This document shows positions 9,358-16,900 of a DNA stretch of 31,250 nucleotides, piece after piece. How positions within the stretch are numbered: the stretch's first letter is position 1; each line of letters starts with the position of its first letter. This DNA comes from Abditibacteriaceae bacterium (GTDB taxonomy: Bacteria; Armatimonadota; Abditibacteriia; Abditibacteriales; Abditibacteriaceae): the NCBI GenBank assembly GCA_031425655.1, contig JANPJS010000314.1, forward strand, positions 1-31,250, read 5' to 3'. The notes below the pieces were generated by a model. It did not search any database. It was given only the letters and a program-made list of their open reading frames with translations, and had not been told where the DNA came from. A program made the translations under genes and the position numbers.

Positions 9358-9691
9358 TTCGCTGCGTGTTCTACTGGATGAATGCTTGCCCAGGAAACTC
9401 AAGCGTGAGTTTTTCAATTGTGATGTGTCCACCGTCCCCGAAATGGGATGGGCCGGCAAAAAGAACGGCGAATTGATGAAAGTGGTTCACGGTCAATTTG
9501 ATGTGTTTGTCACGGCTGACCAGAACTTGCAGTATCAGCAAAACCTGGCTTATGCTGATGTTGGTGTTGTGGTTCTTGTGGCAATCAACAATCGCATCGA
9601 AACGCTTGCGCCGCTCATGCCGCAGGTTAACGACGCACTCAAAAGCATTTTAGCCGGTCAGGTCATCGAAATCGGAGCCGAAACCGACTAA
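9341..9691 (+). CDS. DUF5615 PIN-like toxin (VapC45-like), cassette 2
   Basis: RVLLDECLP, MGWAGKKNGEL, FDVFVTADQNLQYQQNL. Exact start uncertain. Confidence 0.88.
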   Translation: MLNSSDSLRVLLDECLPRKLKREFFNCDVSTVPEMGWAGKKNGELMKVVHGQFDVFVTADQNLQYQQNLAYADVGVVVLVAINNRIETLAPLMPQVNDALKSILAGQVIEIGAETD

Positions 9692-9696
9692 TCGCC

Positions 9697-9791
9697 ACAC
9701 AACAAGGCGCTGCACCCGACTGGCTACAGCTTCTCTCGTGCCTCGCTTCGGTCGCTACGCTTTCGGCGGCGGGTGAGCTTAATCGTTTGAC
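9697..9791 (+). other. attC site 2 (95 bp)
   Basis: ACACAAC-AAGGCGCTGCACCCGAC ... CGGCGGCGGGTGAGCTTAATC-GTTTGAC, closely similar to attC1. Confidence 0.92.
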
Positions 9792-9843
9792 TGGTGCGCG
9801 CCGCTCTCTTGAAATTGCAGCACATTTTGTGTGATCTCACGAT

Positions 9844-10068
9844 ATGAATTATCAGGATTACATTACGATTGAAGCAGACAAGCGTGGTGGCAAACCGTGC
9901 ATTCGCGGGATGCGCATCACCGTCTATGATGTTCTTGACTATCTGGCATCCGATATGACGGAGGAGGAAATTTTAGAAGACTTTCCTGATCTCACACATG
10001 AGGACATTCGGGCTTGTCTTGCTTTCGCGGCTGACCGTGAGCGCAAGTTGTTCGTAGTTGCAGCATGA
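9844..10068 (+). CDS. DUF433 family antitoxin, cassette 3
   Basis: KRGGKPCIRGMRITVYDVLDYLAS...EILEDFPDLT.EDIRACLAFAADRE. ATGA overlap with the toxin gene. Confidence 0.93.
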   Translation: MNYQDYITIEADKRGGKPCIRGMRITVYDVLDYLASDMTEEEILEDFPDLTHEDIRACLAFAADRERKLFVVAA

Positions 10069-10396
10069 AATTTTTGTTTGACCAGAACTTATCATATCGG
10101 TTGGTGCGCCTTTTGGCTGATATTTACCCAGACTGCCAGCACGTTCGCAATGTTGGTTTGAAAGAGGCCCCAGACACACAAGTTTGGGAGTTTGCTCGAA
10201 GCAACGGCTACGCTATTGTCTCCAAAGATTCTGAAGGCATCAACGGAGCCTGTTACTTGGCTTTCCGCCAAAAGTTGTTTGGGTAAGATTAGGCAACTGT
10301 TCAACTAAAGCTGTTGAACAGATTCTGCGCGCCCATTTTGAAGATGTCCAACGATTTGAGGCTGATGAGGCCGCAACTTTCCTTATCCTATTCTGA
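10065..10396 (+). pseudogene. DUF5615 PIN-like toxin, frameshifted near 10233-10238
   Basis: MKFLFDQNLS...IVSKDS continues in the -1 frame as HQRSLLLGFPPKVVWVRLGNCSTKAVEQILRAHFEDVQRFEADEAATFLILF* (TGA 10394-10396). One base is missing where D-F is expected. Confidence 0.85.
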
Positions 10397-10412
10397 AAGT
10401 CACCAACACGCG

Positions 10413-10449
10413 AAATAACAAAGCGCTACACCCGACAGCCCACAGTTCC
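10413..10449 (+). other. Truncated attC site 3 (left arm only)
   Basis: AAATAAC-AAAGCGCTACACCCGACAGCCCACAGTTC matches the left halves of attC1 and attC2. No GGGTGAGC...GTT right arm follows. Confidence 0.75.
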
Positions 10450-10547
10450 GTGTCCAACGTTTCCCTTCTCACAGTTCCCGCCGACGCTGAATACCAAAAA
10501 CCGCATCGCTTCTTTGCTTTGTGTTCTCGCGTGATACAATCCCCTTG

Positions 10548-11264
10548 ATGGAAAATCTCATTCGCGCGCAAGGTTTGGCGCGGCGCTATTCGGTTGGCAA
10601 GCACGAAGTTCGCGCCTTAGACGGCGTTGATCTCGACGTGGCGCGCGGCGAATTCGTGGCTTTGGTTGGGCCGTCGGGTTCGGGAAAGTCTACGCTGCTC
10701 AATCTTATCGGCGGGCTGGATAGGCCCAGTGGCGGCGAAATTCACGTCGCCGACTTGGAATTGGGCAAAGCCAGCGACAACCAACTGGTGCGTTATCGCC
10801 GCGAGCGTATCGGCTTTATTTTTCAGTCGTTCAATTTGCTGGCGATGCGCAGCGCCGTCGAAAACGTCGAAACGCCGCTGATGCTGGCCGAAGTGCGGCC
10901 CAAAGAGCGCCGCCAACGCGCTTTGCAACTTCTCGAATCGGTTGGGCTGGCGCCGCGCGCTCATCATAAGCCGAATGAGCTTTCCGGCGGCGAAATGCAG
11001 CGCGTGGCCGTCGCGCGTTCTTTGGCCAATCGTCCTTTGCTTTTGCTGGCCGATGAGCCGACCGGCAACCTTGATTCCAAAACCGGGAAAGGCATTCTCG
11101 ATTTGTTGCGCGAAGCCGTGGCATCGCAAGGCGTGACCCTTGTTTTGGTGACGCACGATATGCAAGTTGCGGCGCACGCCGACCGCATCGTGCATATGCT
11201 GGATGGCCGCATTCAGCGCATCGAAACGACAGGCGCAACGCGCGAGGAGCAACGTGAACTTTAG
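10548..11264 (+). CDS. ABC transporter ATP-binding protein (LolD/MacB type)
   Basis: Walker A GPSGSGKST, GFIFQSFNL, signature LSGGEMQR, Walker B LLLADEPTGNLD, VTHD. Start at ATG 10548. Confidence 0.95.
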   Translation: MENLIRAQGLARRYSVGKHEVRALDGVDLDVARGEFVALVGPSGSGKSTLLNLIGGLDRPSGGEIHVADLELGKASDNQLVRYRRERIGFIFQSFNLLAMRSAVENVETPLMLAEVRPKERRQRALQLLESVGLAPRAHHKPNELSGGEMQRVAVARSLANRPLLLLADEPTGNLDSKTGKGILDLLREAVASQGVTLVLVTHDMQVAAHADRIVHMLDGRIQRIETTGATREEQREL

Positions 11265-12513
11265 CGATAAAGCGGCTACGGCGTGGTCGAATTTGGGCCG
11301 CCGCAAAGTGCGAACCGCGCTCACTTCGATTGGCGTCATTGTCGGCATTATGACCGTGGTGACGATGGTTTCGCTCGTCAACGGCGTGCAATTGCAAGTG
11401 AAACAGCAGTTCGAGAAAATCGGTTTGGATCGCGTGACGGTGCGGCCTCAGACCGAAGGCAGCGCTTTTAATCCGTTTGATATGGGCGAGCGCACCAAAA
11501 TCATCACGCCCGCCGATGTGCGGCGCTGGCGCGCGTGGCCGCAAGTGAAACAAACCATTCCAGAAATCGAGCTGCCGTGGAGCATCGTCAGCAAATTGGT
11601 CTGGCAAGGCAAAAGCAAGCCGGTTCGCGTGTCGGGAGGCAGTTCGCTGCGTCGCGGGCCATTTTCCGAGCCGCCGGAAGTTTTGGCGGGCACTTTAGAT
11701 TTGCCGGACATGCGCGGCGCGATTGTGCTGAGCAAAGGCGTCTTAAAACGCTTTAAAGTTGATAAATCGAAATACGCTTCGCTCATCGGGCAAAGTGTCG
11801 AAGTGGTGCTGGAAGCGCCGCGCGGCGAAAAGCAAATCTATTCATTTAAAGTCATCGGCGTGTCGTCGGATGGCGCGGCGTCGGTGCAGATTCCAACGCC
11901 CGACCGCCTGGCCATGAAAGCGTGGTGGAACAACGAAGCCGATTCGCTCAAAGCCGACGGCTACGATTCCGTGACGCTGCGCGCCGAAGACGTGACCGGC
12001 GCCAAAGCGATTGTCGAGCGGCTGCGCAAAGAAAAGTTCGAGGTGATGTCCATTGACGCCATTTTAAATGTGGCAAACCGCATTTTCGCGGTCATCACAG
12101 CGATGCTGGCCCTTGTCAGCAGCGTGGCGCTTTTGGTGGCGTGCATCGGCATCGTCAACACGATGATTATGTCCATTTATGAGCGCACGCGCGAAATCGG
12201 CACGCTCAAAGCGATGGGCGCCTCGCGCAGCGACATTCGCCAGATGTTTATGATGGAAGCGGGTTTAATCGGTTTAATTGGCGGCAGCGCCGGTCTGGTT
12301 TTAAGCTGGCTTTTAGGCCGCTTGTTGAACCGCATCGCGCAATGGTTCGCGCAGCACCGCGATTTGCCTTTGCCCGATAATTTGTTCATTATCACGCCGA
12401 TTTTGGCCGTTCAAGCCTTGTTTTTTGCCCTGCTCATCGGCGTTTTAGCCGGTTTATATCCGGCCAACCGCGCCGCGCGCCTCGATCCGCTGATGGCCTT
12501 GCGCCACGAATAA
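11254..12513 (+). CDS. ABC transporter permease (MacB/FtsX family)
   Basis: GTG start after GAGGAG. RTALTSIGVIVG, GIVNTMIMSIYERTREIGTLKAMGA, GLYPANRAARLDP.ALRHE. Confidence 0.93.
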   Translation: MNFSDKAATAWSNLGRRKVRTALTSIGVIVGIMTVVTMVSLVNGVQLQVKQQFEKIGLDRVTVRPQTEGSAFNPFDMGERTKIITPADVRRWRAWPQVKQTIPEIELPWSIVSKLVWQGKSKPVRVSGGSSLRRGPFSEPPEVLAGTLDLPDMRGAIVLSKGVLKRFKVDKSKYASLIGQSVEVVLEAPRGEKQIYSFKVIGVSSDGAASVQIPTPDRLAMKAWWNNEADSLKADGYDSVTLRAEDVTGAKAIVERLRKEKFEVMSIDAILNVANRIFAVITAMLALVSSVALLVACIGIVNTMIMSIYERTREIGTLKAMGASRSDIRQMFMMEAGLIGLIGGSAGLVLSWLLGRLLNRIAQWFAQHRDLPLPDNLFIITPILAVQALFFALLIGVLAGLYPANRAARLDPLMALRHE

Positions 12514-12514
12514 A

Positions 12515-13306
12515 ATGAATCTGCGAACCGTCAACGCGACTCGCTACGTCACGCCTTTGCGCGAAGGCGGCTCTCTGCCGGCTATTGTCGAAGCCGATGA
12601 CGACGGCACTTACGTCTTGAAATTTCGCGGGGCCGGACAAGGCCCCAAAGTCCTCATCGCCGAATTGATAAGCGGCGAAATCGCGCGCGTTCTCGGTTTG
12701 CCGGTGCCCGAAATCGTGTTGATGAACCTCGATCCGGTTTTGGGGCGCAACGAGCCGGATTCTGAAATTCGCCATTTAATCAAAGCCAGCGATGGATTGA
12801 ATCTCGCGCTCGATTATCTGCCCGGCTCGATTACTTTCGATCCTCTGGTGAAAAAACCGGTGTTGGATGTGCCGAATTTGGCCTCGCGCATCGTCTGGTT
12901 GGACGCCTTCACGACTAATGTAGACCGCACAGCGCGCAACACCAATATGCTGGTCTGGCACAAGCAATTGTGGCTAATTGACCACGGCGCGTCGCTGTAT
13001 TTCCACCACAGTTGGGACGATTATTTGGAGCGCAGCCGCACGCCGTTCGGGCAAATTAAAGATCACGTTTTGCTGCCATTTGCCGATGATTTGCAGGCCG
13101 CCGACGCGGCTTTGGCGCCGATTCTGACACGCACATTAATCGAAGAAATCGTTGCGCTCGTTCCCGAAAGCTGGCTTTGCCACGATTCGCCGTTTGCGGA
13201 TGCCGCCGAGCATCGCGCGGCTTATGTGACGTATTTGACGACACGTTTGCAGGAACCGCGAAACTTCGTCGAGGAGGCGCAGCGTGCCCGTTTGCTACAC
13301 GTTTGA
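12515..13306 (+). CDS. HipA-like Ser/Thr kinase (DUF3037-associated type)
   Basis: PLREGGSLP glycine loop, YVLKFRGAG, AELI, catalytic NVDRTARNTN, LIDHG. Confidence 0.85.
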   Translation: MNLRTVNATRYVTPLREGGSLPAIVEADDDGTYVLKFRGAGQGPKVLIAELISGEIARVLGLPVPEIVLMNLDPVLGRNEPDSEIRHLIKASDGLNLALDYLPGSITFDPLVKKPVLDVPNLASRIVWLDAFTTNVDRTARNTNMLVWHKQLWLIDHGASLYFHHSWDDYLERSRTPFGQIKDHVLLPFADDLQAADAALAPILTRTLIEEIVALVPESWLCHDSPFADAAEHRAAYVTYLTTRLQEPRNFVEEAQRARLLHV

Positions 13307-13676
13307 TTACGCCATCATTCGCGTGGTGCCCAGAGTCGAGCGCGAAGAATTTCTCAACGTCGGCGCGGTGCTTTTCTGCCCGACACAGGATTATTTGAAA
13401 GCACGCATCGAGCTTGATCTGCCCCGTTTGGCGGCTTTCGCGCCCAGTTTGGAATTAGCCGCCGTCGAAGCTTATTTGAACACCATTCCGCGCATTTGCG
13501 AAGGCGCCGAGGCCGGGCCTGCGGGCCAAATGACGCAGCGAGAACGATTTCACTGGCTGGTCGCGCCGCGCAGCACGATTATCCAATTTTCGCCGGTTCA
13601 TTCCGGCGTTTGCGGAGATTTGGATTTAGCTTTGAGCCGATTGATTGAAAAAATGGTTCGCGCGCCGCGCTTATGA
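13284..13676 (+). CDS. DUF3037 domain-containing protein
   Basis: FDYAIIRVVPRVEREEFLNVG, RFHWLVAPRSTIIQ.SPVH.G. 23-nt overlap with the kinase gene. Confidence 0.9.
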   Translation: MPVCYTFDYAIIRVVPRVEREEFLNVGAVLFCPTQDYLKARIELDLPRLAAFAPSLELAAVEAYLNTIPRICEGAEAGPAGQMTQRERFHWLVAPRSTIIQFSPVHSGVCGDLDLALSRLIEKMVRAPRL

Positions 13677-13697
13677 ACGAAGCGCAGAAAGTTACCG

Positions 13698-13733
13698 CTT
13701 TGCAAGGGCGCAACCTGTTGCGCCCTTGCAAAG
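13698..13733. repeat. Perfect 17-bp palindrome (REP-like or terminator)
   Basis: CTTTGCAAGGGCGCAAC-CT-GTTGCGCCCTTGCAAAG between convergent genes. Confidence 0.85.
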
Positions 13734-13749
13734 ATTCGCCTCTATCCTC

Positions 13750-13961
13750 TTAGAAACAGTCTGAGAATTCGTTACAGAGTAACACCAAAGACTTTTCAAT
13801 GGGACGCGGAGCTTCGCTACGCGGACGTTGTGCGCTGATTTCTTTCGGCAAAACCGCGCCTTCAAAGCCGTTTCGCGCGCCCTCTGGGCAGGATATGAAA
13901 TCCGCGTCCCATTGAAAGCGACTCAACTCAGGATTAATGACTATTCTCAGACAGCTTCTAA
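13750..13961. mobile_element. MITE-like element with terminal IRs and an internal second inverted repeat
   Basis: TTAGAAACAGTCTGAGAAT (13750-13768) pairs with ATTCTCAGACAGCTTCTAA (13943-13961), 17/19, with TA at both ends. Inner perfect IR TTTCAATGGGACGCGGA (13794-13810) / TCCGCGTCCCATTGAAA (13901-13917). Confidence 0.75.
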
Positions 13962-16900
13962 GCTATTTTTGTCCCGCTACTTAACGCTGCTTGCGCTCGC
14001 TTGAGGTCGTAAACGGCGCCCAGTTCTTTAAAGAGGCTGCACGCGCGGTCGAGATGTGTCCGGCGCGCCGGGTCAGAGGACTTCATGTGGCGTGCGATTT
14101 CAAGGTGAGCGCGGCCCTGGTCGTAAGGCATATTCAGGCGTTCGGCGGCGCGCAGGGCTTGGCGCCAGGCGCGAAAAGCGAAGCGCGGTTTGCCTCGCAG
14201 CCACGCCAACTCGCCGCGCGCGAGCAAGGCGCGCGATTGTCCGAGCGGGAAAACATGGGCGAATTTCCGCAGCGCAGCGCAAGCGCGTGCGGCTTGCTGC
14301 ACAGGTGTTTTGTCGCCTGCGGGCACTTTTTGCTCCGTCGTGCAGAGCGACAAATAAACCTCGAAAGCACTGGTGTAACTGTAAAATATCGCGGCGGTAG
14401 TCGGCGGCTTCATCAGGATGGGCAGCACTTCGTCGGCGGCCTGCCGCGCCGCTTGCATTTCGCCCTGACGCAAACGCACCAAAGCCAGCGCGCCATAAAC
14501 TTCCATGCGCTCCTGAGTGCCCAAACTGGCGCCGACACTTTCATTCAACAGAATTAAAGCCGCTTCCATCAACTTGGCGGCGTGTTCGACTTCATCCAAT
14601 ACCAATAGATTGATGCTCTGAAAACAGAAACCCCAAACTTGGCCCTGAATATCTCCGTTGCGTTCTGCTGCCTCGTAGAGTCTGACGGCCTGCGCGTTGG
14701 CCTCAGCGAAGCGGCCCGCATAATGGTTGTTCAAACTTAAGAGCGCCCCGGATTCTATCAATTGCCGCCGATCTCCCAGTTCTTCGGCCATGCCAACGGA
14801 TTGCTCCATGGATTGGCGCGCTTGGTCTAAAGCCCCCACATTCATACTGCACAGGCCGGAAAGGTTGGTAACCCACGCTTGCGCGCGCAGTTCTCCGGCG
14901 AGTTCGGCGATTTCGAGGGCGCGACGATCATAATAATGCGAAAGGCGCCGCAAAGGCACGAGTCCCGTCGTGATGCTGGCGCTGGCACAGGCGCGTGCCA
15001 GTTCGGGCGATGGGCCACCGACTTCGGCCAGATTCAGCGAATGCAGGCTACAGTAAAGTGAGCGCGCCACCAAGTTATCGTGAAAATAGCTTTGAGCTAA
15101 TCGCTCATAAACGCGCGCTGCCTCGATGAAGTGGGTTTTGTCTTCTGTTTTCGCCTGCGAAACCGGGCGCACGCGCTGGTTCGCCACCTGCATAATCTGC
15201 GAGGTCAGACCTAAGGCAAGCTGCTTGGGCGTGCTGGGAACGGCATCTTGAAGCAGAATCGCGGCTTGTTCGAGGTGCGCCCGGCATTCCAAAAGACGGC
15301 CCAGGCCGATGAGAGCTTCTGCGAGTTGGCGTTCCCAGCGGGCGCGCCTCAAACGATTGCTGCTATCCGATTTGGGCGTTTCTAAAGCTTCAAGGGCCAG
15401 CGCCTGCTCAAAGAAGCCGACGGCTTCCCGATAAGCGGCATCGCGCAGCGCTTGTTCGCCGGCTTTTTCGCAGTATTCAATGGTTTTAGGACGCACTTCG
15501 GCGCGGCCCCAATGATAGGCCAAAAGCGAATAATAAGGCGTTAAATCTTCGGTGTAAGCTCGCTCATACCATTGCGCGACGGTTTGATGCAGCTCGCGGC
15601 GTTGCGCGAAAAGCATCAAATTGTAGCTCACTTCCTGCGTGATGATGTGCTTGAAAATATGCGCTAAATTCGGCTCCGGCGCATCGCGTGGCGTAATATC
15701 GAGCCGTTCCAAGCCTTCCAAATATTCCGGCAGTTGTGCGGTTTCGGCTTTGCCGGGATAAACGTCGCGCAGGATTTTAAAGGGAAAAACGCGGCCTATG
15801 ACGCTCGCGGCTTTCAAGAGAAGCTGTTGCGAGGGCGCCAGACGATCAATGCGTCCGGTAATCACGCCCTGCACGCTGTCGGGCAGCATGACCGAATCGA
15901 GACTGATATCCGGCGCGACACGGCAGTTGCCGTCGCTGATGGTAATAATGCCGGATTCGCGCAGAGAATACGCCAACTCTTCGCTAAAAAATGGGTTGCC
16001 TTGCCCTTTGTGTTGAATCAAATCGGCGACCGATTGCGCTAAAGTCGTAATTCCCAGACGTTGACAAACAAGGTCTAAAATATTGGCGGCGGGCAGCGCT
16101 TCCAACTTCAATTGCTCGGCGCCGTTTGCCTGCAAAAGCTGCTTGTATTCGGCGGGAATCGGCTCGACAAGTGGCCGCGTGGACACAACCAGCAATAACG
16201 GCTGCACTTGCTGCTGAGCGATGAGAGCTAAGGCCCACGAGGCGGAATCGAGCCAGTGCGCGTCTTCTAAGATCAAAACGGTCGGCGATTTAGCGGCGAA
16301 CGCTTGCAAAAGGCGCCGCAGCAAATCGCGCGTGTTATCGGCGCGCACCTGACCGGCCATTTCTGCGGTGAGGTCGTTTTCGGGGAAATCCAAAGGCAGA
16401 ATCGTATTTAATAACGGCACTAATCGCAAAAGTTCGGGCGTTGCCAGCTCCGGCGTGCTTTCAAAAAAATTCAAAACGTGCGTCCGCCGCGCCTGCAATT
16501 CGGCGATGGAATCTACGCCCAAAATGTGTGAGAAAACCGCGCGCCAGGCATGATACGGCGTGGAAATCTCGACGGCGTTGCCGGCGCCCAACAAATCTGC
16601 ACAGCCCTTACTTTTGGCCTGTGCGAGTAAATCGGCGACCATGCGCGACTTGCCGATGCCCGGCTCGCCTTCAATCAGCACGACACCGCTCTTCCCCGCG
16701 ACAAGTGCATCCAAGCGATGGGAAAGTTTCTCGCGTTCCGCACTGCGCCCCAGCATGGAATTTTGCTGCGTCGGAGCCGAAGTTTGCGCCAGTCCATTTT
16801 CCCGCTGAGGCCGAAATACGGGAACCGCGTCGGTGCGGCCTTTGACCGTAACAGGCGGCAGCGTCTCGAATTGCACACGCGAGTGAGCCGCCTGATAAGT

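Larger units (their letters stand above)
8231..10449 (+). mobile_element. Integron gene cassette array (3 cassettes) lacking an adjacent integrase (CALIN-like)
   Basis: Co-oriented AT-richer genes, each unit ending in a related attC sequence AACAA(G/A)GCGCT(G/A)CACCCGAC. No tyrosine recombinase ORF in the window. Confidence 0.88.

Noticed and set aside
8984..10449. Recurring AACAAGGCGCTGCACCCGAC repeat as a CRISPR array
   Set aside because: The copies are separated by gene-sized intervals and have attC architecture. No cas genes are present.
10617..11607. Long antisense ORFs over the ABC genes (similarly 21178-22029, 25849-26655, 18434-19162)
   Set aside because: These are shadow ORFs expected opposite GC-rich genes, with no recognisable motifs.
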